From NCBI RefSeq assembly GCF_009914755.1, contig NC_060925.1: a stretch of 64,000 nt of DNA; one strand, given 5' to 3'. A program made the translations under genes and the position numbers. The first letter of the stretch is position 1. Each line of letters opens with the position of its first letter. This document shows, piece by piece, positions 46,061 to 60,303 of this stretch. Under the pieces are notes generated by a model that searched no databases, was not told the origin of the DNA, and saw only the letters and a list, made by a program, of their open reading frames with translations. The DNA is from the human T2T-CHM13v2.0 reference genome, Homo sapiens.

Positions 46061-46469
46061 ATGTATATATTTTGGAGCCAAGTTTGGATTCCACACATTG
46101 ACTAAGCAGTCAAGGTCTGCCAATAAAAACGTCCTTCACTGTCAGTGCATTCAGGCTTTCAAAGGTTGTTTCCTTTAATTGTCCATCACACATTTCCCAA
46201 AATCCTAGCAGTGATGCATCTCACCCATCAGTAACTTACAGAAGCTGAATGACACTGCTTTGTTGAAATTAGGAGGTTTTTGGAGGGTTTTAAAAACTGA
46301 CTTCAAGTTTAGCTGCGTTACATTAAGACTGCTTGACTGCACTAATGACGCTTTCCTACTGCACATGCAAAAGACAAGAGCATTGGTAGGACTTCAGGAA
46401 AGCAATGAGTTTATCCCAGTTCTATTCAGAGAGGATCCCACTGAAAGCAAGTAGAGGAGTGACTCTATG

Positions 46470-46633
46470 CTAGTGTTTCTCACACTTTCACGTCACATTC
46501 ATCAGGGGTACTTAACAGAAATGTAGATTCTTTCTAAATCAGAATCCCTGGGTCTAGGCACCAGGAATATACATTTTAAACAAGCTCTCAGGTGATTCTG
46601 GTGCACACTGGAGATTGGGGACCTCTGCTCTAC
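46470..46633. mobile_element. MER5-family hAT-Charlie MITE
   Basis: agtgtttctcacactt...aaatcagaatccctggg...cattttaaacaagctctcaggtgattctggtgcacactgg...acctctgctcta. Confidence 0.75.
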
Positions 46634-47014
46634 ACTATAGGAACAGGGCTGGCTATGTCCAAGCATGGTACCCCTACTTTCAGTCAACCTGGCAGAAGGG
46701 GTCTGTGTGTGTTAAAGAGGAAAAGCAGTGGGAAGAAGGAGATGTGGGCACTGGTGATCCATCAAAGGCCAATCTCTCTCATCCTGCTCAATACCACTTT
46801 AGGGGCAAGCAGCCCTGCTGAACCCATCTGGGAGGGGCTTTTCAGTGAGCCTGAGGTTTCCCATAGCAGAGAGAACTGCCAGATATTGGAGAACTCAGCC
46901 AGAATGCCCTTCCATGTGATGGTTAGGTGTTCGGAGTCATCTCTTAGAAGGCAAGTATCCCTGGGTGGAGTTCTATCCAAAGGACTAGAAGTTAGTTCCC
47001 TAATAATCTGTTAA

Positions 47015-47324
<310 letters not shown>

Positions 47325-47869
47325 GTTAACATTTTAAAAAAGGGTAGTTGAGAGCATCCAGAGAATATGGACAGGATATAAGGAAGACACCCAAAAGTGG
47401 AAAAACAGAAAGACATTAATAGGGAGGTGGCGGGTGGCAAAGCACCATATCCCCTGCCACTTAAGGTCATCTTGCCTGCCAAGGTGTCCCATTCCATCCC
47501 TGCTAAAAGGGCATGTGAGAAATGGTTTGCTGCAGGTGCTTCACATTACAACCTGGGTCTTTGGGGAGGTGAGGGCACAATAAGTAGGGCCTCATTGGTG
47601 GGGCTCAGTCTGTCAGTAGCACCAGAGTGGACCCTCTCCCAGAGTAGTCTTAAAGGCAGGGGCAGCAAGTTTTAATCCAGCAGTTGATCTGGGAGACAAC
47701 TTGCCTGACTAAAAGCCGAATCTTGTTAAGGAAGAGATTCTCAACCACTATGGTGATAATATTAAACCTCTGAGTTTTCTAATTCAAATATGAAGCCCCT
47801 GTTTATTGAAACAGTTTCTGCCTAATTGCAAACAAGATGGGGTATTTGAGGCACTGATGGTCCAGGGAA

Positions 47870-48085
47870 GGGATAGCTGTGAAAGCATGGGCTCTGGAGC
47901 CTGACTGCCTGGGATTGCATCCTGGCTCTACCACTTCCTGCCTGTGTGACCGTGGGGGAATCATTTCACCTCTCTGTACTTCAGTTGCCTCATCTGTAAT
48001 ATGTGGATTTGAGTAGTGCTTCCCTTATGGGGTTTTAGCGAGGATTAAGTGAAGTAAGATCTGCAAAGAACTTAGATCCTAGCAC
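47870..48085 (+). mobile_element. MIR
   Basis: gggctctggagcctgactgcctggg...atcctggctctaccactt...cacctctctgtacttcagttgcctcatctgtaa. Confidence 0.8.
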
Positions 48086-48954
48086 GTCTTATATTTGCTG
48101 CTTTTTTTATTTTTAGTTTCTCCGTACAGGGCTGCCTCACAATAAATACCAAAAGGTGTGTCTTGTAACTGAAGCGGGGAGGAGAATCTTTGTGGCATCT
48201 GTATGATTGATGTTCTTTCAAGATCGACAGTGGCTCTTTTGACTGCATTACAGTCTTCTCTCCTCCTCCAAATCCCACTGAGGGTATGGCTGGGCCACAG
48301 TCCAGGCATCTCCTGTTGGGGCAACAGGTTCTCAGGTTCTCATTGAAGAGCCTTTTAAGGGGAAAAGAGGTGGTGGTGGCAGAATAAACCCCTATTTTGT
48401 GCAGTTCAGCTAACAGGGAAAGTAATGCACACCAAGTTATTTACTGGTAGGGCTTCTCAGGGTAACATTTAAAATAAAATTCTGTTGGAGAATGTAGACA
48501 GTCTATTCTAGGGCATAAAAATGGAATTATCTTAACCAGGATTAAACCGCACTTCCTGAGTCTGACGGAGCGTTTCCAGGGAGAGTAAGTGCCATGTAGC
48601 CTTCTATGCCAGTTGTCCATTGTTGTTCCTGACTCCCACCTCCACTGGCTGTCTAACCCCATTCAGCCTTCCCTGCTGGCCCACTATGGTGTAAGTCTTT
48701 GAAACAGAGAGCTGGGTCTGAAAACAAAACCAGGCTCCCTTTGGTTGGGGGAAGTGCTGGCAATGGGAAGATATGAAAGAAAACTGGATAGAGGGACACT
48801 AACTTTAAATGTGATGTTAATTATAAGCAAGTGTGCTAAAATCCATGTTAAAATTCTAATAACTACCACCAGCTTATCACTGTGTGTTGTCTCATCTATA
48901 TGACTTTATTAAAAAATATATTTATGAATTAAATAGTTACAACCTGAGCAGAAG

Positions 48955-49180
48955 GGCAGCACAGTATAACAATAAAGTACAGATGCTGTAGTCTCAGGCT
49001 GTCTGGGTTTGAATCCTGTCTGCCACTTGGCCTTCAGACTTTGGGTAAGCCAATTTTCTTTCTAATGCCTCAGTTTTCTTATTCACAAAATGAGGATAGA
49101 CATGGCAGGTAACTAACTCATAGGGTTACTGTGAGGATTAAATACGTATAAGGTATTATAGTGGTACTGGCATTTTACCT
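48955..49180 (+). mobile_element. MIR
   Basis: ctgggtttgaatcctgtctgccactt...gcctcagttttcttattcacaaaatgagga...gtgaggattaaa. Confidence 0.75.
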
Positions 49181-50510
49181 GGCAGTTGGGCTTGGGAAGA
49201 TGAGTAAGCCATCAGAGAGCTTACAATCAAGAAATGGTATTGTATTCAGCCCCTATCGCATGCTTTGTACAAAGCAGGTACACACAAAAAAATCTCATGG
49301 GAAGCCTGCAGAAATTACTCATACATTGTTAGGTGTCTAGAGGTGCTGGCAAGTTTAATATCACAAAATCTCTCAGAACAAACACAGGTTTTATATAATA
49401 CCTGTACAAATATGAACAAAACTTTTGAAACATGTCATTAGTTAAAAACTCCATGCTCCAGTCCTGAGAGTCTTTAAAAACTATGAAACATCCTTATAAA
49501 AAGCAGACTACAAAGAGAGAGCTTGTCCCAGAGGTCAAATTCCCTCCATTCAGGCAATTTAAGGCAAAAGAAAAATGCAATTTAAATCCCTCCACCCCCA
49601 CCAAAAAAGACATAGTCCACAAAGTTAAAAAAAAAAAAAAAAGTCCTCTAGCTAAGTATCCAATTAAATATTTTCAGTAGACCCATTTTTTTTTTTTTTT
49701 TTTTTTTTGGAAAACCTGAAATGAGGCTTCAAGTGCTTATCTGAATGGTTAGACGTAATTATGAGGCAGGAGTATCTATAACATCCTGGCATTCTTGAAA
49801 GCATGCAGCCCCCAAATGTCCCCAACACACCAACTTACTCCTTTTCCACTCTTCCTTTTCCCTCCTCTCTCACTCTGTCTTCAGTCAGTGAAAGGCAAAT
49901 CTCTGTGTTATCCCATTCCTTGCAATTTTAACCTGCCAGGGGATTCCCTCTCCAGCTCCCTCCTGAGGGACTGGTCCAGTTCTCTTACTGGCCAAGTCCA
50001 TCTCTCCTTTGGCTCCAGCTGTCTTTCCCACGCTGGATTCCTCATGGAAACCTTCTTATCCTGCTGGGAAAGGACCTCTGGCAGCACTGCCATTTACAAT
50101 CTTATTATTTTAACTTTAGGAAACAGCTCTCCTACTATGATACATTTCTCTCTTTTCCTTTTCTCGCCCAAATCCTGCTAATTTTACTCAGAAAGCCTCT
50201 CAAATCTGGGCCTTGCTCTTGATCTCCACCATCCCTGCCTGGCGCAGGCCATCTCTCCTCCCACCTGGTTCCCACAACCCTCCCACCCACATTCCCAGCC
50301 CCAACCCCTCCTGCTCCATTTCACTCTTTACAGTGCTGCTACATGCCTTTTTCCTAAAATGCAAATCTAGTTTATGTCATCACTTATCGTCAATGGCTTC
50401 TTCCTGCCTTCAAAATAAAGTCCAAATATCCTGGATTAAAAGTTCCTTCCTAAACTCACTGCCTATACTGTTATTCTTCATTATTGTGGTTTGAAGGCTC
50501 ACCTGAATTA

Positions 50511-50901
<391 letters not shown>

Positions 50902-51831
50902 GAAATATATTTCCTGTTGGTAGCCATGCATTTGGTGATCATTTAGGTACAACCAGTTGTGCACTTCTAAAGCAGACTTAATTGTTCCAAATGCTTTCTT
51001 TGTTCAAATTAATCAGTTCTGTAATACATAAACCAGGATTAGCAAAGATTTGGCCAGTGTGAGTTAATTCAACCTATGCTTACTGGAAATCAAAAGCTTT
51101 AGGACCAATATGCCACACTAAAAAAAAAAAAAAAAAAAAAAAGGAATGAAGAAAGAGAAAATCACCAAATTGAAGGTTCAGAAAGAGAAGAAGAAGAGAG
51201 GGCACAAAGACACATACCTACCGAATGACCAATTCCACCTCAGGCTGCGCCTGATCAAAAAATGGCAGTTAACACACACTCATATTCTTTGTAAAGAATT
51301 TGTAATTTCATTTTAGTCTCCACAGCCACAATAGGAGGTAGCTATGATTATCCATATTTTAAGGTGAGAAAACAGGCTTGCAATATTTATTTTGCTTACC
51401 ATGGTAATCACTGGTTAAATACAATGCTTAAGGTTAGGGGGTAATACTCAACCCTCCTGTTTCCGTGGAGGGAAGGGAATTTCCAAGCCCCAGGTGGGAA
51501 GAGTACAGTCTCTTCTTTTCAGCCTTCTCAGTCTATCCTTCCCTAAGGAGAAAGAGCAGCTTGCCTGATCAGTGAGTTTAGGAGGACAGATTGAGGATGC
51601 TCAGCCAGCCCCCATGGGTTTTTTCACTTTTTAAATTCTTTTCAGCTTGTCGGTTGTCAACATGTGACCATGCTCTACACCCCGACTGGTGTGCTGGATA
51701 GGGAAAAACAGAGGCAGGCCTGCTGTCTAATTTAGGAGAGAAGTATTAGTAAACCTAGGGTGGCTGCATATATAAGCATCTTCCAACATGGCTTTTATTG
51801 TTGATAAAGTGAATAATTTGATTTCTATGGC

Positions 51832-52228
<397 letters not shown>

Positions 52229-53789
52229 TAAATATAGGCATTCAATTAAATGAATGAATGAATTTGTCCAAGGCCACATAGCTAATAAACTATAGAGTAG
52301 AGACCTGAATCTGTGTCTGACAGAAAGGCATGATTTTCTAAACTTCCACTTTGGTGCTTCTCATATGATGTTCTATTTCCAGGCTTAAATTCATGCTTCA
52401 ATATGGTTGCCAGGAAACTGGAAACACTGGTTGTTGCAGGCACAAAGTACCTTAAAGACAGAGGTATGCCTAAGAATGTTGCTGATAATCTATTTTTCTA
52501 CAACAGTGATGAGGGATGAGTTCAGCAATGACTGCTTGTTGTCAGCTATCTCATGGGCCAATATTGATAAAGCCCTGTAAGTACCTGGGGGGGGGAACCT
52601 GGAAGGTGGGGAGAAGTAGCGCAAGCGGCCCCAGCAGCAGCATGGAACAGATCAGGGAGGAGAAAGACAGGCAGCCTCGCCTTAAGTTGGATGAGCACAA
52701 GAGGGGTGGGGCAAGGGACTGAGGACCAGGGGAAGGAGGCTGAGCGGGTTGGGGATGGGGAGAAGGCAGGGGAAGGAGGATGAACATAAAAACGCCAGGA
52801 CAGCAAAAGCCTGAAGAGAAAAATATGTCCAAACAAAAAATATAAAGGGGAGACAGATAAAAGAACAGGAGTAAATCACATGCTACGAAAACAGCCACAA
52901 ACGGATTTTCCATTTCATGTCAAAATGATGAAAAGTGAGAGCTGGCCTGTGTGCCAGTAGCCTTCAGAAACTCAGAAATAAAATATCCCATTTGAAAATA
53001 GTTTGGGGAGCCAGTAGATGACAAGATTCCTCCTGCAGGCAAAAGTGAATTAAAGCAACGATAGTATCTACTGCTCCTTCCCCACTCCCACTGTTTGGCT
53101 GGCAAGCACATGTGAGCTCAGCAGGACTCTGTAATTGCTTTTTAAGAGTATCCGGTAGAACTCAAGATTGTGTGTTCACAAACTCCATATAAAAACAGGG
53201 TCATCTTTGCCTTCCACGAAGTGTTTTTCACCCTGTTTCAAGGCCCAGCTTAGTCTTTTTTCCCCTTACTAAAGTGGCAAACAAAGAATTCTCTGACACA
53301 CTGCACCCACTGCAGATGAAAGCACTTAAGTGTGAGTGAAAGCAACAATGTTGAGAGTGACATTTACTAGCTGAAAACAGTGAAATCAGAGCGTTCCAGT
53401 TCACGGAGATTAAATGTCAGGCTTTAAACATTTAGCAGAGTATTAACTATGGAAGTTTTAAAGTTTAGGATTCGGTTTTATATTGCAAACAGCACTTAAA
53501 GCAAGGAAACAAGTGGTCCATAGGCTGAATAAACATATTTATTTTCAATTGAAAGTGAATGAACTGCAGGGCAGTTACTGAGCTCAGTGCAACAATACCA
53601 GAGGTGCTCACTGTCCTTCACCATCCCAGATTAATAAGAGAAGGGTGACATTCCTCACACTTCATGTTTTGGAAGATACAAGTCAAAGTCCAAAACACAG
53701 GGGTTTGCAGGCACATAATATTCCACAGTGGTTGTGGACTTTAAAAGTTCAAGAGTTGTTATATTATTGTTCTAGAACGAATGCCCTCA

Positions 53790-54101
53790 TTCTTTTTTTT
53801 TTTTTTTTTGAGACAGGGTCTTGCTTTACTGCCCGGGCTGGAGTACGGTGGCACCATAATGACTCACCACAGCCTTGACCTCCTGGGGTCAAGTGAGCCT
53901 CCTGCCTCCACCTCCTGAGTAGCTGAGACTACAGTGTGTGTCATCATGCCTGGCTAATTTTTTAAAAATTTTTAAATATTTTGTAGAGATGAGGTCTTGC
54001 TATGTTGCCTAGGGTGGTCTTGAACTCTTGGCCTCAAACAATCCTCCTGCCTCGGCCCCTCAAAGTGTTGGGATTATAGGGATGAGCCACCATGCCCAAC
54101 C
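53790..54101 (-). mobile_element. AluJ
   Basis: Diverged full dimer with TSD gaatgcc. Confidence 0.88.
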
Positions 54102-54557
54102 TGAATGCCTTTTAATGCACCAAAAAAGTTAGAGAGGAAAATATAGCACTTTTGTTTTCTTTTAAGATTATTTTCCATGGATAAATTTATGACAAAATTA
54201 GCTATAATTTCTAAATATAACATCCATTTTTTGATTCAATCACAAAACCTCAGAATTTGATATCAGCAGTCCTTTCATTCAAAGTCAGCTAGTAAGTATC
54301 TTTTCTATTATGCTTACTATGAGGTGTTGGATAGATACAAAGCCAGTGATAATGGATATTTCAAACTTTGTTTTAAACATCTTGTAAGCATTGTATTCAA
54401 TTCCCAATATCTTTATGAGGTGGCCACGATTATCCTCATTTTACAGATAAGAAACCTGGGGCTTTGAAAGATTAAGGACTTTGCCCAAGACCAGAGGACT
54501 ACTAAATTATGTAGAACTGAAACTCCAGCCGCTGACTCCAAAGCATGGGTAATTAAC

Positions 54558-55358
54558 TTTTTTTTTTTTTTTTTTTTTTTTTTGAGACAGCGTCTCGCTC
54601 TATCACCCAGGATGGAGTGCAGTGACACGATCTTGGCTCACTGCAACCTCTGCCTCCTGGCTTCACGTGATTCTCATGACTCAGCCTCCTCAGTAGCTGG
54701 GAGTACAGGTGCCTGCCACCATACCTGGCTAATTTTCGTATTTTTAGCAGAGACAAAGTTTTGCCATTTTGGCCAGGATGGTCTCGAACTCCTGACCTCA
54801 GGTGATCTGCCGGCCTTGGTCTCCCAAAATGCTGGGATTACAGGTGTGAGCCACTGTGCCTGGCCCAGAGTCTCGCTCTATTGCCCAGGCTACAGTGCAG
54901 TGGTGCAATCTCGGCTCACTGAAAGCTCTGCCTCCTGGGTTCATGCCATTCTCCTGCCTCAGCCTCCCGAGTAGCTGGGACTACAAGCGCCAGCCACCAC
55001 GCCTGGCTAATTTTTTCTGTATTTTTAGTAGAGATGGGGTTTCACCGCATTAGCCAGGATGGTCTCCATCTCCTGACCTCGTGATCTACCTGCCTCCCAA
55101 CGTGCTGGGATTACAGGCATGAGCCACCGCGCCTGCCCCCGCCCCCGCCTTTTTATTTTTATTTTTTGAGACAGAATCTCGCTCTGTTGCCCAGGCTGGA
55201 GTGCAGTAGCATGATCTCAACTCACTGCAACCTCCACCTCATGTGTTCAAGCAATTCTCCTGCCTCAGCCTCCTGAGTAGCTGGGATTACAGGTGCATGC
55301 CACCATGCCTGGCTAATTTTTGTAATTTTAGTGGAGACTGGGTTTCACCATGTTGGCA
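54558..55358 (-). mobile_element. Head-to-tail cluster of three Alus (AluS 54558-54866, tail-less AluY-like 54867-55136, truncated AluS 55150-55358)
   Basis: Three consecutive Alu bodies in the same orientation. Confidence 0.9.
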
Positions 55359-56082
55359 GGAACTCTCCATCTAGCAGTGACCACAGAGATGTGAACAAAT
55401 ACAGTTTAACTCAAGCAATGCCACAAGAAGAATATGAAGAGAGAGACACACAGAGTAATTCTGATCTTGGAAGACCTCACAGAGGAAAAGACATTGAAGC
55501 CAGGTCTTGATGCATGAGGATAAGTCTTTCAGGCGAAAAAGGCAATCGTTACTCTAGAAATAAGGAACTGCATGTACCAAAATTTAGAGGGCTTGACACA
55601 TCCATGGAATGTTCAGAGTTCAGTGTGTATTTGAAGATGGGGAGCCTGGAAGCAGAGACACAGGCAGTTACAACAGCCAGGTGAACATGAAAAGGGAGGC
55701 AGGAGCAAGGTAATGAAGGAGGCCAGAGTCAGGACATGTTTCTAAGCCAGAAACGAAATGGTCTATGACCTACTGGTCACAGGCAGTGAGAGAGAAGAAT
55801 CCATAGTTGCTGGATTTGTATAATGTTATATCATTTAGGCCTCAAAATTAAGGAAGTAAGACAGATTGGGAGTGGGGACAGGGATCAGAAAGATGGTATC
55901 TTAGTTCAATTTGGAAAAACTGAGTTTGAGATACTTGGGAAGCAGTTAAGCATCCTCTTTACTGCATTCTTTACTTGAAGAAACATTGAGTATCTCTTGT
56001 ATCAAGTAAAAAGAAAATTAAAAGAGGAACAAAACTGGACCCCGTCCTCCTAGAGTTCACTGTATAGTCTGGTTCTTCATGG

Positions 56083-56768
56083 AGCAGTAGATAAGGGGAG
56101 CTTACAGGGGGATTTGTGTTTGTTATGGTGACTAAGGGGTGCTAGTTGCACTTATTGGACAGGTGCCAGGGATATGGACATTCTGCAATACTTGGGACTG
56201 TCTTACATCCCTCTTGACTTTCAAATGTCCCATTGGACATCTACGTAGTGAAAATCTGTTTAGAACTGTTTGAGCCTAAAACCTAACTCTGTTTCATATA
56301 GAAAGGCAAAATTTTTTTTGCAGGTTTTATACTGAATTGTCCTAAATAGAACCTCCATGGAAACTGAGGGAAGACTGTACTTGGTTTGTTTGGAACTTTA
56401 CAAAAGCTGTTCACCATTTTAAAAAATTACATCATGGGCAACAAAGCTGCTCACAGGTTTTGAGTTATCAATACGATGAACCCGGACTGGTCTGAATTGT
56501 AGCTGTCCTACTCATGGTAATTCTATATTCAGAATCTATGCACTTGATTATGCCTCCTGGTTTGTCATGCCTGGGTATGTACATATTGCAAAACACGTAA
56601 TTTGATTACAAATTCCTTTCCTTTTATTTTTTCCTTTTTATTAAAATTAGAGCATTTTATTACACTTTTGGAATTATATATAGGTAGGTTCCATTAACTA
56701 TGACTTTCATTTTAGGATAGGAAAAGGCATGATATAAAAAGGATTACAATAGGTTTGAGAATCACTAG
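56083..56768. mobile_element. MER20B-like DNA transposon fossil
   Basis: MER20-like start (gtgactaaggggtgctagttgcac...gccagggat), then aaactgagggaagactgtac...ggaacttta and the terminus gtttgagaatcactag. Confidence 0.6.
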
Positions 56769-56974
56769 TGAGAGATGGACATATATAAATTGAATTGAAT
56801 ACAAAGGAATCCATGGAAACACTTCAGAGAGGTAAAAAGTAAAAGGGAGAACCAGGAAGAGAGATTATTGGCCATAGGAGATCTGGGAAGACTCATGGAG
56901 GAAGTATGAAATGAGCAGGTGCTGACTGATATCCTCCGTTAGAATAACTCCAGAAATGTGGGGCTTAGTACCCA

Positions 56975-57350
56975 CCTTAGAACCTGCCTCCAGTGAGGCC
57001 CAGTCATTCTGGCATGGCTTTGTTATCAATTTCTTTTCCATGCTTTACCCGTATCTTCCCGACAAAGGTCTTTGTTCTGGAAGGCTCCAATGGGCAGAGC
57101 ATGATGAATCCCTAACCTCTGTGGTGTCTCTTCTGGAATCTGAAAACTGTGGTCTCTGTAATACTTTCTGGTTAATCTCCTCTTCTTTAGGCTAAATCTC
57201 CCCACTTCCTCCAACTGTTTCTTATATAACTCGGTTTCATATTTCCTCACCATCTGGATCATTTTCCTCTGAACATGCTGCAATTTGTCAATGGCCCTTT
57301 AAAAGTGTGATGCCTAGAACCGAATGTGGCTTCCAGAGCTGAAATATATA
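56975..57350 (-). mobile_element. CR1/L3 LINE ORF2 C-terminal fossil
   Basis: ORF 57026-57283(-) QHVQRKMIQMVRKYETELYKKQLEEVGRFSLKKRRL resembles the CR1 ORF2 motif [36 protein letters not shown]. Confidence 0.75.
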
Positions 57351-58994
57351 ACTGTATTTCCTAATATTTCCAAAAGGCAAAAATGTTATCCCTCTGCACA
57401 GGCAGTGAGATCAGGACAGAGGAGGGGGGTGGGGATGGTCTGTCTTAACAATCACCGTACTGCCAGTATTGAAAAATTTCCTTTTTTGTTTGAGCAAGTT
57501 CTATATGAATTTTTAATACTTGCAAGTAGACTTCTGATCTCAAAGAGGGGTTTTCCCCCTTTGTTCGTTTTTGTTGTGAGGTATAAATGAAAAAATGTAG
57601 GTCTGGCTAACAAATACTAACAATTATTTTTATTTGCTGATAGCATCCATCTACCAGCATCCTATGGTCATTTCCCGTCTGAAGACATTTTTCCCTTAAC
57701 AGACTGTGCCCTGCCCATGTCCCAAGTCATCTAACCAAGACTGGCGGGAACACCACCCTTTCCAGGGGCTTGGTCTATAAATGGAATTAGTATTGCTGCC
57801 TTAAGCTTGAATCTGGTATGTATCTGGAAAACCTCTGCATTCCTGCACGTCTAGTGAACCTCGGCTTTAGCCCCAAAATGCAAAGTTCCATCAAGGCCCC
57901 TGATTTTTCATCCCATTTTGGTCTGAGACTGAAATCCTGCAGCAACTTGACTGGCTATTGCCAACATGTTGTCTACACAAGCTAAAACAGTACCAGTTTA
58001 TCTCATTCTAGATGCTAGGGGCCCCATAAACCACAGCAATACCACCCACTGGTTTGAACTTATGGAAACTATAGCAGACCTCTGCATAAGGAAGCCAATC
58101 TGACATGAATACTAGCTTGCTATCCTCCTTGAATGCAATGACTTCAAGAAGTGGGAGACAGGTTAGCCATGGAAGTCTAAGCACTTTATGTTATATCTGC
58201 CAGCTGCCCAAGTTTCAACATGCCTTTACAGCTGAACAGACCAGTTCCAAGGTAAACTAAATGAGAGCAGGCATATTTGTCTGTTTTGTTAGCTGATGTA
58301 TCCCTCACCCTTAGAATAGTGCCAAGCACATGAGAGGTGCTCAACAAACCTTAGTGGAATTAACTAATAAAATGATCTGGTATGCTAGACATCTATTTTT
58401 GTTTTTCTCAGTATTTCTTTCTTCTGAGAATCGCTTCTTTCCCATTCCATGTTATTCTGGTGGAGCTGTCAGCCATGAAACAGAACAAGCTAACAAATGG
58501 TGTCATGAGTCTAGGGGCTCACGGAAATACAAGTCCCTAACTCCTAGATTCCCCACAGTAAGCAGGTATCTGTAGTGCTTCCTACTTCTAGAGAATTTGA
58601 GGCATACAATCAGGAACAGTGATGAATGTGGGTGGTACATGCTGCAGGTAGATTTATTCAGAGGCTAAATTTTATGTGAACACTTATCACAAAATCCAAG
58701 CCAACAGGGTAAAATAAACCTCTAGTGAGATAAGCTTATGTTTCTATTACTGACTTTCATAACTAATCAAATACAAATATCAGAAATTAAATTATTCAAA
58801 TAAATTTAAGATGAAACTTTTTCAAATTTCTGTTAGATGAAATACAATTTTTATAAGGTTAGCTTTAGTATGATAATACTATTTAGAAAAATAGGTTTTT
58901 CAGAAAAAATGTAATCTGTAGAATAAAAAAACCCTATATATTGGATTTAAATGATCCAGTAAGTGGGTAGCAGGAGAGCTATGGTTGTATAAGG

Positions 58995-59625
58995 ATTTTT
59001 AAAAATTGTGGTAAAATATATATAAAATTTACCCTCTTAACCACTTTCTACATGTACAATTCAGTGATGGTAAGCACATTTACAAGGTTGTAATTGTGCT
59101 ATCCATTTCTAGAACATTTTTGTGATTACAAACAGATACCGTGTATCCCTTAACCAATAATTTCCCATTTCCCCCCTTCTTCAGCCCCTGGTAATGTCTA
59201 TTCTGCTTTCTGTCTCTGTGAATTTGTCTATTCTGGCTACCCCAAAGAAGTGGACTCAGACAGTATTAGTCCTTTTGTGCTGGCTTATTACCATGATGTT
59301 TTCAGGGTTCATCCATGTTGTGGCATGTATCAGAATTGCATTTTTTATGGCTGATTAATATTCCATTGTGTATATATACTACATTTTGTTTCTCCACATC
59401 TGTTGATGGACACTTGTTTCTACCTTTTGACTTGTGAATAATGCTGCTATGAATACTGGTGTACAAGTATCTGTTTGAGTCTCTGCTTTCAGTTCTTTTG
59501 AGTATATGCCTAGGAGTAAATTTGCTGGATCATATGGTAATTTTTTTATTTTTATATTTATAAAATATTATATATTTTATTTATAATCATGTTTTATTTT
59601 TTGAGGAATTTGCAAAAGGTTTTTT
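58995..59625 (-). mobile_element. L1MB-type 3' end fragment
   Basis: aattgtggtaaaatata...taaaatttacc...tctgtgaatttgtctattctgg...gggttcatccatgttgtggcatgtatcagaatt...cctaggagtaaatttgctggatcatatggtaat. Confidence 0.85.
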
Positions 59626-59959
59626 AAAATGACTTACAAGACAAAAATTTATTAATTTAGGAACCATACATTGTGAAAATTTTTACTCTTCACTATTTCA
59701 CTTATCATTATTAAAGATGGAGTGATTACTATAGTAAGTAGAGCAGAGAATATATCATTTCCTTGTAGTGAAGGAAGGAGGAATTTCCAAGCAACACAAA
59801 GAAGTCACAATAATTGTGTTGTGCTGAAATGGATTTTGACCAGTCACCAGGGTTTTGACAAACACAAAATACACTCTTATAAAACCCAAAGTTCCATTCA
59901 GAAATAGAGAAAGAATAAATCCCATTATTTGATCATACAATTGTATTCTCTGTATGCAA

Positions 59960-60303
59960 AATAATTGATCAGTATTCATCAAACATGTAACAGTCATGAA
60001 AGATAAGGCAAGACTGAGGAACTATCACAGGTTGGAGGAGACTAAGGAGATCTAACAACTAAATATAATGTGGATTCTGGATTGGATGTGGAACAGAAAA
60101 AGAACAATGGTGGAAAGACTGGTAATAAAGTCTGTAATTTAGTTAATAGTATTATACCAGCATTAATATCTTGGCTTTGATAACTGTACCTATGATTATA
60201 TAATATGTTAACATTAGTGGGAGCTGAGTAAAAAGCACATAAGAATTCTCTACTATTTTTGCAACTTTTGTGTAAGTTTAACATGATTTCAAAATTAAAA
60301 GCT
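59960..60303 (+). mobile_element. L1MC/L1ME-type 3' end fragment
   Basis: gtcatgaaagataaggcaagactgaggaact...ggagactaaggaga...tgttaacattagtgggagctg...ttttgcaactttt...atttcaaaattaaaag. Confidence 0.75.
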
